A DNA stretch of 64,000 nt, from NCBI GenBank assembly GCA_963705255.1, contig OY970061.1:448001-512000 (forward strand), given 5' to 3'. Both the position numbers and the translations under genes were made by a program. The notes under the pieces are model-generated. The model had not been told where the DNA came from and ran no database searches. It was given only the letters and a program-made list of their open reading frames with translations. Of the stretch, positions 34,068 to 44,550 are shown one piece after another (position 1 is the first letter of the stretch; every line of letters begins with the position of its first letter). Source of the DNA: an uncultured Methanoregulaceae archaeon (GTDB lineage Archaea; Halobacteriota; Methanomicrobia; Methanomicrobiales; Methanospirillaceae).

Positions 34068-34949
34068 TTAACTCCCCGGAACCGTTAACGTTTTTCTGGC
34101 ATATCGTTCGGCCATCGCAATTGCTGCACAGTTGATGATATCCATATTTCCTGCATATTTTGGCAGATAATCTCCTAATCCCTGCACTTTTACCATGATT
34201 ACAATGCGGTTGGACTCAATTAAGGGAGAAACGAGTAACGTATACCCCGGTACATATTCCTGGATCCTGGAAACCATGGTATCGACTTCTGCCTTGAGAC
34301 GTTTCATGTCCGGCTTTTCAACTTTGGCAAAAATCGTGGTCTGCATATCAACACATGGCTGAGCAGGGTTTAATATAAGGATTGCCTTTGTGTCGTTACA
34401 ACCGGAAAATTTTTTTATTCCCTTTTCTGTAGTCTCAACATATTCATCCAGATTCATCCTTGTTGCCGGCCCGGCGCTCCGCGAAGCGATGCTTGAGACC
34501 ACCTCAATATATCTGACATTCTCCTGGGTTTTTCCTATCACGTGGGCAAGGGGGATGGATGCCTGGCCCCCGCAGGTAACCATATTTACATTGTCAAACC
34601 GGAGGCAATTTTCAATATTGATCGCGGGAATACACATCTCCCCAATACCGGATGGCGTCATATCGATGACCGTTTTATTCATCTTTTTCAGAACAGCCCA
34701 GTGTTTCTTATGATCGAGAGCGGAAGTTGCATCGAAGACCAGATCACACGAATCAGGATTTCGTTCTATCGCCTCGATACTGAGATCCGAAGTTTTGACT
34801 CCCATACTGTTGGCCTTATTCATTCCGGGGGAGTTTAAATGGCGCCCGATAAATAATGTACATTCAATAACCTGGGAGCGCATGGTTTTGACCAGTAAAT
34901 CGGTCCCGATATTGCCGCTGCCAAGAATTGCAACTTTCAGTTTTTTCAT
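34068..34949 (-). CDS. dmpF: acetaldehyde dehydrogenase (acylating)
   Basis: GSGNIGTDL, FDATSA, NVNMVTCGGQA, GDYLPKYAGN. Confidence 0.9.
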   Translation of the reverse strand: MKKLKVAILGSGNIGTDLLVKTMRSQVIECTLFIGRHLNSPGMNKANSMGVKTSDLSIEAIERNPDSCDLVFDATSALDHKKHWAVLKKMNKTVIDMTPSGIGEMCIPAINIENCLRFDNVNMVTCGGQASIPLAHVIGKTQENVRYIEVVSSIASRSAGPATRMNLDEYVETTEKGIKKFSGCNDTKAILILNPAQPCVDMQTTIFAKVEKPDMKRLKAEVDTMVSRIQEYVPGYTLLVSPLIESNRIVIMVKVQGLGDYLPKYAGNMDIINCAAIAMAERYARKTLTVPGS

Positions 34950-34995
34950 CTTTCCACCAAAAAGGGTCGTTCCGTTCTCCTCGCGCCGGCGAAAA

Positions 34996-36786
34996 TCAAA
35001 GTATTTTATCTCTCACGGAATTTTCCAGATATTCTTCTCTCGGTAAAAAAGGAAACATATCATCGTAAGGCATTGAGATCATACTTCCGTCTTCAAGGAT
35101 CTTCGAGGTCACTCTCGGGATCAACACCTGATCTGCCGGACTGATAACCTCACACATCATCGGCCCGGATTCGGCGAATATCCGTTTTATCTGCAGGTTC
35201 AGATCCCCGGACTGCGACAGTTTCAGGTATTTCATTCCATATGCCATTGCGATTTTCTCCAGATCCGGGAAGCTGACACCGCTCTTTTTATCTGTACCGA
35301 TATAACGCCCTCCCTGGAAATTGTCCTGGGTCAACCGGATGAGAAGATATCCATTATTATTCAAAACGATTAATTTTATTGGAAGTGAATTATACACAAT
35401 TGTCTGAAGTTCCTGAATATTCATCTGGAGAGATCCATCACCGGTTATGCAGTACACGTTTTTTCCCGGATTTGCAGCGGCCACCCCAATCGCTGCCGGC
35501 ATGTAGCCCATCGTTGAGAGCCCTCCGGTGATAATGTGGCGCTGACCGTATTTTACCTGGAATGCCTGCGCATATGCATGGAAACAGGACCCGGTATCGA
35601 CCAGAAACAGGGCGTCTTCAGGAGCGTTCCGGGAGAGCATCGTGTAGAAATGATAGGAATTTATCCCGCCGGTTTTATTGCCATACTCGGGTAAGTCCAC
35701 GGGGTATTTATTTTTCCAGTTCTGTGTCTGGGAGATCCAGGGTACATTATCGAATTGAAAATCTGACAGTTCCCTGTTCAGTTCAATGAAAAATGCCTTT
35801 GCGTCTGCCTGAATTGCGATGTCAGGAATAATTGAGGGTTTTGAAAGTTCTTTCTCATCGATGTCCACGATTATTTTTTTTGCGTATTGTGCAAAGTTCT
35901 CGTACTGATAACTGACAAGACCAATTGCCAGTCTGCAACCGACACTTAAAAAAAGGTCTGAATTCTGGATGGTGAAATTACTGGCCCGGTCTCCATAGGT
36001 TCCGGGTCTCCCCACAAACAGGGGATGGTTGTGATCTATCAGGTCCATTCCCAGACGGGATGTCATAACAGGAATTTTTACAGTATCTGCGAACTGGTGA
36101 AATTCCTCTATTGCACCTGCGAGCCGGACTCCCGCACCTGCAAGAAGGCATGGCCTGCGACTGTTTCTGATACTGTCAGCAACCAACCGGATCTGTTTCC
36201 GGAGATCTGATTTTCGAGGGTCCTGAGGTGCCGGGGGAATATATCCTTCAAAGTCGTCGGGGTCGAATGAAGCCCCCTGGATATCAATGGGGCATTCAAT
36301 CCAGACCGGCCCGACACGGGGGGATTTTGCAAGATAAATGCATTTTTCGATCTCATATTTTACCCGGGATACATCGTCCAGCATTACGGCATATTTAGTG
36401 ACATTTTGAAAAATCGGCAAGGTATTGAAACCCTGAAGGGCAAATTGGCGGGGCCCCTGAATTTTTGCCTGGGATACTTTCGACTGACCGGAGACGATAA
36501 TGCAGGGGGAACTATCAACATATGCCCCGACAACACCCGTGAGAGTATTGAGTGCCCCGGGGCCGGCAGTCACGTATGCAACCCCGAGTTTTCCCGTTGC
36601 CCTCCCATATGCTTCTGCAGCCATTACCGCTGCCTGTTCATGATGGCAGCATATGAATTTCTGATTTTTGTGCTGCAGCAGTGCATCGGTGAGATGCATT
36701 ATCATTCCCCCGGCAATTAAAAAAACACATTCTCCGCCGGCATCGTATAATTTTGAAGTGATGTAATCAGCGACGCGAATTTTCAT
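34996..36786 (-). CDS. ThDP-dependent enzyme, acetolactate-synthase superfamily (YerE-like sugar branching enzyme)
   Basis: HHEQAAVMAAEAY, GDGSLQMNIQEL...NN ThDP motif; start at MKIRVAD. Confidence 0.85.
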   Translation of the reverse strand: MKIRVADYITSKLYDAGGECVFLIAGGMIMHLTDALLQHKNQKFICCHHEQAAVMAAEAYGRATGKLGVAYVTAGPGALNTLTGVVGAYVDSSPCIIVSGQSKVSQAKIQGPRQFALQGFNTLPIFQNVTKYAVMLDDVSRVKYEIEKCIYLAKSPRVGPVWIECPIDIQGASFDPDDFEGYIPPAPQDPRKSDLRKQIRLVADSIRNSRRPCLLAGAGVRLAGAIEEFHQFADTVKIPVMTSRLGMDLIDHNHPLFVGRPGTYGDRASNFTIQNSDLFLSVGCRLAIGLVSYQYENFAQYAKKIIVDIDEKELSKPSIIPDIAIQADAKAFFIELNRELSDFQFDNVPWISQTQNWKNKYPVDLPEYGNKTGGINSYHFYTMLSRNAPEDALFLVDTGSCFHAYAQAFQVKYGQRHIITGGLSTMGYMPAAIGVAAANPGKNVYCITGDGSLQMNIQELQTIVYNSLPIKLIVLNNNGYLLIRLTQDNFQGGRYIGTDKKSGVSFPDLEKIAMAYGMKYLKLSQSGDLNLQIKRIFAESGPMMCEVISPADQVLIPRVTSKILEDGSMISMPYDDMFPFLPREEYLENSVRDKIL

Positions 36787-36972
36787 TGGCCACACCTGAT
36801 ACTTTATACAAAATTGGGTAATCATCAGGTATAAACATATACTCCCTCCTATCCCGCTCACAGATTCGTAAACTTTTGAGGATCACACCACCATTTCCTG
36901 GAATAGAGTAATCATATACGTAGAGATCTCACGGCATTTTTGCGATTTTCCAGAAAATGCGGGTGGTTGGAT

Positions 36973-37911
36973 TCAATCTCCAAACCCGATTTCCTCACGA
37001 ACGATATACAAAGGCCGTTTTTTTGATTCATCATATATCCTGGATATATACTCCCCCATTACACCCAATATCAGGAATAACATGCCGAATAAGAATGAGA
37101 TCACAAAGATGATCGTTGCAATCCCGGGTACTTCACGGCCATAGATCAGATACAACGCTATTTCGATAAAAAGAAGGAGAAAAGATAACGCGGATATGAC
37201 AAATCCCAGGACCGTTGCTATTTTCAGCGGGATATCAGAAAAAGAAAAAATCCCGTTTAATGCCAGTTTAAATATTGTGATAAAATCCGCTTTCGATTCA
37301 CCGGCAAATCTGGGCGGACGTTCAAACGGGATACCCGTCTGTTTAAAACCCGTCCATGCTATTATCCCCCGTAACAAACGGTTTGTTTCTCCGATCCGGT
37401 TTACCGCTCGTAAGACTTTTTTATCGATGAGTCTGAAATCACTCGCATTCTCGGGCATCGTATTATTCGTCAGTCTGCTAAAAATTTTATAGAATAGTTG
37501 CGAAGAGATACGCCTCCCGACAGATATCCCGACCCGCTCCTGTACGATCGCGTATACGATCTCAAAACCCTCTTCCCATTTTTTGATAAGTTCGGGAATT
37601 AATTCCGGAATATCCTGCAGATCTGCGCACATTATCACCGCCGCATCCCCCCGGGCATACTGCAAACCGGCAGTTACACCCCCATCACACCCGAAATTAC
37701 GGGAGAGCTGGATAATTTTGAATCTGGGATCTTCCGCATGGATATGAACTAATTTTTCAAAGGAGGAATCCCAGGACCCGTTTTCTACGATTATGACTTC
37801 AAAATCATAATTGCTGCAATTATTCATGACGTTCTGGAGCCGGCGTTTGAGCTCATCCAGCACTTCTTCTTCATTGTACGCCGGAATAACGATACTGATT
37901 AATTTTTTCAT
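36973..37911 (-). CDS. GT2 polyprenol-phosphate glycosyltransferase (GtrB-like)
   Basis: IVIPAYNEE, LSRNFG, ADLQD, DFRLID; two C-terminal TM helices, GEYISRIY. Confidence 0.88.
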   Translation of the reverse strand: MKKLISIVIPAYNEEEVLDELKRRLQNVMNNCSNYDFEVIIVENGSWDSSFEKLVHIHAEDPRFKIIQLSRNFGCDGGVTAGLQYARGDAAVIMCADLQDIPELIPELIKKWEEGFEIVYAIVQERVGISVGRRISSQLFYKIFSRLTNNTMPENASDFRLIDKKVLRAVNRIGETNRLLRGIIAWTGFKQTGIPFERPPRFAGESKADFITIFKLALNGIFSFSDIPLKIATVLGFVISALSFLLLFIEIALYLIYGREVPGIATIIFVISFLFGMLFLILGVMGEYISRIYDESKKRPLYIVREEIGFGD

Positions 37912-37915
37912 AGAA

Positions 37916-38902
37916 TTATCGCACCTGCATCCTGAAAAAATCCCGGTACCACTCGATCGTTTCTTTCAGCCCTTCTTCATATGCATATCCGGGTGACCAG
38001 TTCAACATTTTTCTGGCTTTCTGTGCAGAAAGGTACTGATCTTTTATTTCATTCGTCGCCTGGTTCAATACCACCGGTTTCAGGGGACTCTTCATGATCC
38101 TCAGGATATCATTGACAATTTCGATGACCGACTTGGGCGATTCGGTACTGAAGTTAAATGCCTCTCCCAGCAACCGTTTATCATCCATCTTTTCTGCCAG
38201 ATGAAGATAGGATTCTACCCCGTCCCTGATGTAGAAGTAATCCCGCAAAAACGTACCATCACTGCGGATCACCGGATTTTCATTATAAAATACCGAACGG
38301 ATGGTTCCCGGGACAATCCTGTTGTAATTGAGATCCCCGCCACCGTAAAAATTGCCGCATCGCGTCACACAGACCGGAAGGTTATAGGTCTCAAAGTAGC
38401 ACCGGCACAAGAGATCGGCACAACTTTTCGAAACATCGTAGGGATGACGTCCTTCAAGAGGGGTACTCTCGTCATAGGGTAAATTTTTCTGATCCCCGTA
38501 GGCTTTATCACTGGATGCAACGACAATTCTCCGGACTGTCGGAACATTACGGCAAGCTTCAAGAATATTCCAGGTTCCCTCGATATTGGATTTGAATGTG
38601 GAGACGGGCCCGCGGTTTGCCGTAGTCACGATGGTCTGGGCGCCCAGGTGGAAAACCGTCTCGATCTCATATTCATTGAGCGCACGTTCAATAAGGGCAT
38701 AATCCTCGATCTCGCCCCGGACCGTCGTGATCCTGTTTATCGTCCCGGAAAGGTACAGGTGCGACTGAGGCGTCGTATCCCTGATGAGACCTGTGACCTG
38801 TGCCCTCCTCTCAGCAAGTGCCTGGGACATCCAGGAACCAAGCAGGCCGGTACAGCCGGTAACAAAAACCGGCCGGTTTCTCCAGAAATGTTCATTTTTC
38901 AT
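37916..38902 (-). CDS. rfbG: CDP-glucose 4,6-dehydratase-like SDR
   Basis: [36 protein letters not shown]; adjacent to rfbF. Confidence 0.7.
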   Translation of the reverse strand: MKNEHFWRNRPVFVTGCTGLLGSWMSQALAERRAQVTGLIRDTTPQSHLYLSGTINRITTVRGEIEDYALIERALNEYEIETVFHLGAQTIVTTANRGPVSTFKSNIEGTWNILEACRNVPTVRRIVVASSDKAYGDQKNLPYDESTPLEGRHPYDVSKSCADLLCRCYFETYNLPVCVTRCGNFYGGGDLNYNRIVPGTIRSVFYNENPVIRSDGTFLRDYFYIRDGVESYLHLAEKMDDKRLLGEAFNFSTESPKSVIEIVNDILRIMKSPLKPVVLNQATNEIKDQYLSAQKARKMLNWSPGYAYEEGLKETIEWYRDFFRMQVR

Positions 38903-38926
38903 ACCTAGTCCCCTTCGGCAATAAGA

Positions 38927-39352
38927 TCAGCACTTTTTTTCGGTAATCTGTCTGAAACTGAAATATTTTTGTCCAGCATAACTAATTAAGGTAATTAATG
39001 GCAGAATTGCAAGTTGCGCGATCTTGGGATTGAAGGTGAAAATGGAGACGCTGATATATAATGTCACCATGTTGGCAAGCAGGACAAAAAGGTATACAAA
39101 ATTAAATTTTGCAAATTCAAGAATCTTGAACTGTTTTGATTTGAACACCCAGAATTTGTTCCAGAGAAAACTATGGGTTACCCCGATGATATGCGACAGG
39201 ATAAGCGCAAGGAGATAATAGAAATAATCCGAAAGGATGAAAAATGCGCCGTAACCGACAATAGTATTCAGGATCCCGACGCAGGCAAATTTTGGGAACT
39301 GATCGAGCAGGGAATGCTTTCTTAAATACTCCCGGATCTGTTCGGATTTCAC
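38927..39352 (-). CDS. GtrA-family flippase
   Basis: 141 aa, about four TM segments, KFACVG...SFLWNKFWVF. Confidence 0.85.
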   Translation of the reverse strand: MKSEQIREYLRKHSLLDQFPKFACVGILNTIVGYGAFFILSDYFYYLLALILSHIIGVTHSFLWNKFWVFKSKQFKILEFAKFNFVYLFVLLANMVTLYISVSIFTFNPKIAQLAILPLITLISYAGQKYFSFRQITEKKC

Positions 39353-39394
39353 TACCTGGTACTCCGTTTAGGTATAGTGCGTGGAGAATGGAGA

Positions 39395-40177
39395 TTAATC
39401 ATCCCATACTCTCCATGGGGCATCCGGGGTTTGCCACAGGGAGTTGAGAAGTTCCAGTTCCCGGTAGGTGTCGCAGCACTGCCAGAACCCTTCATGGGGG
39501 AACATCATGAGTTCATTATCTGCCGCCAATTGTTCTATGGGTTCCTTCTCGAGTATACAGGTGTCATGGTCATCCAGGTAGGAAAAGAAATCCTTCCTGA
39601 AAACGAAGAAACCCCCGCTGACAAAACCACCCATCGTTTGTGGCTTCTCACTGAATTGTTTTACACAGTGGGAATCAGTACACAGTTCGCCAAACCGGGA
39701 CACCGGGTGTATTCCGGTGACAGTCCCGATCTTTCCATGGGACCGGTGAAATGCAAAAAGTTTGCTGATATCGATATTCGCCACAGCATCGCCGTACGTC
39801 AGCATGAATGTATCGTCATCGATATATTTTTCAATCTTTTTAACCCGTGCGCCGGTCTGTGATCTTTCACCGGTTTCAGCAAGGGTGACATTCCAGTCGC
39901 GCTCTGTGTGGTCGTTATGGAGCGTAATATTACAGCGGTCCCCCAGGTTTACCGTAAAATCGCTGTTCATGACCTCATAATTCAAAAAATAGTCCTTGAT
40001 CATGGCGCCTTTATACCCCAGGCAGATGATAAAATCTTTAAATCCGTAATAACTGTAAATTTTCATTATATGCCATAATATCGGTCTATTGCCAATCTGG
40101 ACCATCGGTTTTGGCCGGTATTCCGTCTCTTCACGGAGCCGTGTCCCCAGACCCCCCGCCAAGATTACTACTTTCAT
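39395..40177 (-). CDS. rfbF: glucose-1-phosphate cytidylyltransferase
   Basis: MKVVILAGGLGTRL.EET..PKPM, LTYGD, GFWQCCDT. Confidence 0.92.
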   Translation of the reverse strand: MKVVILAGGLGTRLREETEYRPKPMVQIGNRPILWHIMKIYSYYGFKDFIICLGYKGAMIKDYFLNYEVMNSDFTVNLGDRCNITLHNDHTERDWNVTLAETGERSQTGARVKKIEKYIDDDTFMLTYGDAVANIDISKLFAFHRSHGKIGTVTGIHPVSRFGELCTDSHCVKQFSEKPQTMGGFVSGGFFVFRKDFFSYLDDHDTCILEKEPIEQLAADNELMMFPHEGFWQCCDTYRELELLNSLWQTPDAPWRVWDD

Positions 40178-40986
40178 GAGAAATCCGTGTATAATTAAGA
40201 ATTTGAGATATTTAAATCGAATCTGTTTTAATTGTCGTGATGTTAGTCTGGATAAACCGGCGTGGAGTGTCAAGCTTGAAAAAAGTCGGTCAGATTTTTT
40301 CGATTTTTTTTGAATATGTCCTGACCGCTCCTCAAGACAGGATAACCGGAGGCCTTTACGGGCTTAGTCAGGATACGGTCCCGGGCAGTTCGAAAAATAG
40401 AGTGGGGAGGGACTTACGATCCCCACGCCAAATCCGGCCCCGAACCAGCCCCCGATTCCCCGGTTCCCGATCCCGTCTTCCGGTTCCACAGGAAGCGATG
40501 TCCACGCCCATGAAAAAATAGTGTTTTACTTGCGTTTTTTCCCGGACAAATTGTTTTCCTGCGTTTTTGACCCTGCAAAATAGCGGCCCTGCAGCAGCCC
40601 CGGAAAACGGGAGGTATTTCGGATCGGTTTCCGGGACGATCGGCCACGGAAAGGGCCGTGGAGTCCGTTTTTTGAAAAATGCCGGAAAACACGTTATAAT
40701 CGGGTATTTTTACGAACATGGTGATTACATCTGTTTTCACGGGGGGGCACCGGTGGGAACATCTTCCAAGGAAGTATTCGTGAACGGTGCCCGACCGGAG
40801 GGATGCCTGTCACGATATTTCCCGAGGGCATCGTTGTTCTTTAACATAACAGGACAATTTCAGCCGATTTACTCTTTGTGGAATTGGTGCCGGGTAGTAT
40901 AAGATCGGTCAGATCTCCCCTATAATAAAAAATCACAATACAAAATTTTATCTACTTTTTTGTATTATGATAGTATACAACATGCG

Positions 40987-42243
40987 ATGACAGTCAGGGA
41001 CGCTCTTTTACAGCAGAAACGCGAACTGGATCTCCGCAGTCGGGAGCCGTATATAGAACGAACCGCAGAAATCCGCGAGGGAAACAGTCGGCTCGTCAGA
41101 ATTGTAATTGGTCCGCGCCGGGCAGGCAAATCATTTTTCATAACCCGGCACCTCATGGCTCAGGGCCCGTTCGGCTATGTAAATTTCGACGATGAAGAAC
41201 TCAATAATGCAGACAAAATCCCTGACATCCTTACCGCAGTAGCTGAACTCTATACCGGATCAAAAACGCTCCTGCTCGATGAGATACAGAATATACAGGG
41301 ATGGGAACTCTTGGCGAACCGTCTCGCACGGCAGGGTTACACGCTGTATATAACCGGGAGCAATGCCCATCTGCTCAGTAAAGAACTCGCGACACACCTT
41401 ACCGGGCGGCACACGGTAACAACCATTTTTCCCTTCTCGTTTGCTGAATTCCTCAGGACAAAACGGGGAGAATTTACTGAAAGCGAATACCGTTCACACC
41501 TTGCAGAATATTCTGTCACCGGGGGATTTCCCGAGCTCCTGACAACAATGATCGATAAAAAAGAATACCTCCTCCGGCTTTTCGATGCAGTTGTATACAA
41601 GGATATCATACGGCGCTACCGGGTCCGGTCCCCGCAGGGATTGGGGGATCTCGCCCAGTATCTCTGTTCCAACGTGGCGGGAGAATATTCTGTCCACCGA
41701 CTCTCCCGGGTGACAGGATGCAAAAGTGACCAGACCGTACGGAAATACCTTGATTACCTTGAAGAGGCGTTCCTCTTTTTTTCCGTCCCAAGATTCTCGT
41801 TCAAGGTAAAGGAACAGGTACTCTCAAACAGGAAGATCTATTGCATCGATAACGGGTTTGTCGTTGCCAAAGGATTCCGGTTTTCCCATAATCACGGAAA
41901 CCTCATGGAAAACCTTGTAGCAATTGCACTCCACGAGCTCGAACTTCCCGGCAACCTGAACCTGTACTACTGGAAGAATGCACAGCAACAAGAAGTCGAT
42001 TTTGTTCTCCATAAAAGCGGGAAAGTGGTCGTACTGATCCAAGTCTGTACCGATCTGGAGGATGAAAAGACACGACGCCGTGAAGTCAATGCGCTCCTGA
42101 CTGCAGGCCGGGATCTTGCCTGCAAAAAACGCATCATCCTCACCATGGATGAAGAGAGGACGAAGACTGAAGAATGGTTCGGTATTAAGGGAGATATCCA
42201 GTACATCCCTCTCTGGAAATGGTTGCAGCGGCCGGGAATATAA
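40987..42243 (+). CDS. AAA+ ATPase (AAA_14) with C-terminal DUF4143
   Basis: GPRRAGKS, LLDEIQ, TGSN, GGFPE, KIYCIDNG, EVDFV. Confidence 0.88.
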   Translation: MTVRDALLQQKRELDLRSREPYIERTAEIREGNSRLVRIVIGPRRAGKSFFITRHLMAQGPFGYVNFDDEELNNADKIPDILTAVAELYTGSKTLLLDEIQNIQGWELLANRLARQGYTLYITGSNAHLLSKELATHLTGRHTVTTIFPFSFAEFLRTKRGEFTESEYRSHLAEYSVTGGFPELLTTMIDKKEYLLRLFDAVVYKDIIRRYRVRSPQGLGDLAQYLCSNVAGEYSVHRLSRVTGCKSDQTVRKYLDYLEEAFLFFSVPRFSFKVKEQVLSNRKIYCIDNGFVVAKGFRFSHNHGNLMENLVAIALHELELPGNLNLYYWKNAQQQEVDFVLHKSGKVVVLIQVCTDLEDEKTRRREVNALLTAGRDLACKKRIILTMDEERTKTEEWFGIKGDIQYIPLWKWLQRPGI

Positions 42244-42311
42244 TGCATGCAGAATGCAGCAGTAGAATCTGATCTGCATATAAAGTGGCTGCAGAAATAC
42301 TGGCAGGGTTC

Positions 42312-42587
42312 TCAGGAAAATTCGCAAAACGGCAGTGATACAGAGAGATGAACAACTTGCACGCCCTGGAACCGCTCTCCGGAATTTCCGGCACCGGATA
42401 CTGTGCCGGAGATAACACTGGTTACCGCGACCCATGCAACGTGGTTTTCGATAAGAGTACGGTCATCATCGGTGATTCGACCATCATGCAGAGCTTTCGT
42501 GAGCGAACGAGTGGCGTACTCAGGTTTGATGTGGTGAAACCCGACGGTTTCAGGAGGGGATGAACTAGAACTCCTTTCGCTGAACAC
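42312..42587 (-). pseudogene. N-terminal remnant of a tRNA-targeting tyrosine integrase
   Basis: FHHIKPEYA...GRITDDDRTLI recalls the N-terminus of Methanomicrobiales integrases; it begins about 90 nt past the tRNA 3' end and has no catalytic domain. Confidence 0.55.
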
Positions 42588-42677
42588 ATTAAATTCAGTC
42601 TTAGGGGTTATCTTAAAACTTCTCAGGGAATTAGGATTCTGAACACTTTGAGAAAAGATTTGACCCTTAGAGCCGGA

Positions 42678-42762
42678 TGCGAGGGATGGGATTCGAACCC
42701 AAGAACTCCTACGAGACTAGGCCCTCAACCTAGCGCCTTTGACCTGGCTTGGCTACCCTCGC
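42678..42762 (-). tRNA. tRNA-Leu(GAG), 85 nt, CCA not encoded
   Basis: GCGAGGG/CCCTCGC acceptor stem, CTAGG-TTGAGGG-CCTAG anticodon arm, long variable arm, GGTTCGAATCC T-loop. Confidence 0.95.
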
Positions 42763-42999
42763 TCTGTGCCATATCAAAGAGGTTGTCTATCTAATAAAAT
42801 CTTATGTAAGTTGATGCGGGATACGGAAACAAGATCCGGAACAATGCTGGAACGATCTGTGGGATGCAGAATATCTGAACGAATACGAGCCTGCATCCCC
42901 GTTTATCTGGGCAGAATAAAAAACGCGTGAATTCACCGGCACTGGTGCAGCATGGGGAACATAGATGTATATTTATAAGCGTCATACCCAGTGGTGAGT

Positions 43000-43500
43000 A
43001 TGTGGTCAGATATCATCCACGAATTTGCCGACTCGCCCTCGCAGAATCGCGTGGTGAGGTTCCTCCTGGAGAACGGGTTTGGGGTAACGGAAGACGGGCG
43101 GATCAGCTGCAACGGGATCGAAGTGCCGGCAACTGCCGTAGCCAAGGTGATCGGTTCCGACCGGAGGGTCGTGGACTCCACCGCGCGGCGCATCCTTGAG
43201 CGCCCGATGCTGCGGGACATCTTTCTCAACATGCGGGCAACGCCGGACCTGAGCAGGGTCGCAGAATCGCTGGGGTTCTTTGTCATCACGGTCCTGCCGA
43301 AGAATGCCAGTGAGCGGGGCATCGTTGGTGCGGCAGTCAGGGTGCTGTCCGAGCACTCCGTTGCAATCCGCCAGATCTTCGTTACCGACCCCCAGTTTTC
43401 CGAAGAGCCGAAACTGGTCATCATCATAGAGGAGGCTCCCCCGGCAGGCGTGGTCGAACAGATCCGGGCGCTGCCTCAGGTAAAACAGGTCATTATCTGA
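43000..43500 (+). CDS. ACT-domain-containing predicted regulator of amino acid metabolism
   Basis: Archaeal family: N-terminal HTH (AKVIGSDRRVV) and C-terminal ACT (GIVGAAVRVL..IRQ). Confidence 0.8.
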   Translation: MWSDIIHEFADSPSQNRVVRFLLENGFGVTEDGRISCNGIEVPATAVAKVIGSDRRVVDSTARRILERPMLRDIFLNMRATPDLSRVAESLGFFVITVLPKNASERGIVGAAVRVLSEHSVAIRQIFVTDPQFSEEPKLVIIIEEAPPAGVVEQIRALPQVKQVII

Positions 43501-43534
43501 AAAAATTCATACCGGTTCAGAACCGGTTCTCTTT

Positions 43535-44036
43535 TCAGCTGCACAGCAGCTCGACTTCGAGGGAAAGACGGTACATCCGCTTTCGGGCTTTCCGTGGAAG
43601 CGTAAACGCGGAGGCCAGGCAGACTCTCAATACTCTCCTGTTTCCGGCCGGCAATCAGGTTATCGGAGTGTGTTACAATCTTCTGCTCGGTCGTCACCGG
43701 CATGCAGTCCCGGGGAGAGAGCCCAAGCAGCGTACACTCGTCGGCGGTGAGGCCGGCGCCGGTATGGCACTCGACAATCCGGGCGACTGCCTCGGGAAAC
43801 CCCTGTTCGCGGAGGAGGTCCGCACCTGCCTGGGCGTGCAGGATAGAATGGGTCCTGCTCCGTCCGATATCATGGAGCATCGCACCTTCTTCCACAAGAC
43901 CGGCATCCACCTCAGGGTTGTGCCCGGCATATCCGCATGCGCACTCCCGTACAGCCCTGCAGTGGGCTATGACTTTCGGGCTGCACCCTGCCCCGTGCAG
44001 AAGATCTTCGTACCTTTTCTGCTTCCGGTCAGGCAT
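43535..44036 (-). CDS. HD-domain (HDIG) phosphohydrolase, frameshift ~43623
   Basis: HC..V, LHDIG, H.G.G, HSD; the corrected tail ends at TGA 43535-43537. Confidence 0.82.
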
Positions 44037-44550
44037 GGCCGAGTGACTTTTTTATCGCTTCTATCCTGAGCTTGAGGGATTTTAAGAGCATCTCGTTGTC
44101 GAAATGCCCCAGCGGCTGGTCGCAGTCGGGGCAGCGGAAATCGCTGTTCATTGCGAGGGGGAACGTGAAGATGAGGTGACACTCTTTGCAGATGTAGAAG
44201 TCGTTCTCCTCTTCGAACCGTTCCCTCCGGGAGAGTTTCTCAAGGACGAGCCCCATGTCCTCCCGGATCGCATCATAGATCCGGTCGGTCCGGAGCTGCC
44301 AGAGATAGGTGAGCCAGCCGGTCTCATTGTTCTTGATCCGGTGGTACTCGGCGAGCCGCTTTTCATAGAGGGTATAGAGCGTGTGCCGTACCGAGTTTAA
44401 GTTGATACCCGTACTTGCTGCGAGATCTTCGTCGCTGTGTTCCCCCTCTTTTGGGAAGCGTTCGAGAAGATTGAGCCCTTCATCGCCGACAAGGCGGTGG
44501 AGGTACGCACGTATTGCCGGATCGTTCAGCGTTTCTTCGGTTGGATCCAT
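44029..44550 (-). CDS. tfe: archaeal transcription factor E (TFE-alpha)
   Basis: Winged helix (VRHTLYTLYE, GWLTYLW) plus Zn ribbon CKEC...CPDC. Confidence 0.93.
   Translation of the reverse strand: MDPTEETLNDPAIRAYLHRLVGDEGLNLLERFPKEGEHSDEDLAASTGINLNSVRHTLYTLYEKRLAEYHRIKNNETGWLTYLWQLRTDRIYDAIREDMGLVLEKLSRRERFEEENDFYICKECHLIFTFPLAMNSDFRCPDCDQPLGHFDNEMLLKSLKLRIEAIKKSLGHA

Noticed and set aside
33031-36786. Aromatic catabolism (dmpFG) or branched-chain amino acid synthesis (ilvB)
   Set aside because: No dioxygenase, hydratase, ilvN or ilvC; the genes are embedded among CDP-sugar genes.
40280-40950. 670-nt intergenic region with several short hairpins
   Set aside because: No periodicity, terminal repeats or recognisable RNA family; probably a divergent promoter region.
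42550-42570. GGGGATGAAC resembling a type I-E repeat end
   Set aside because: No hairpin 5' half and no periodic partner; it lies inside the integrase-like fragment.
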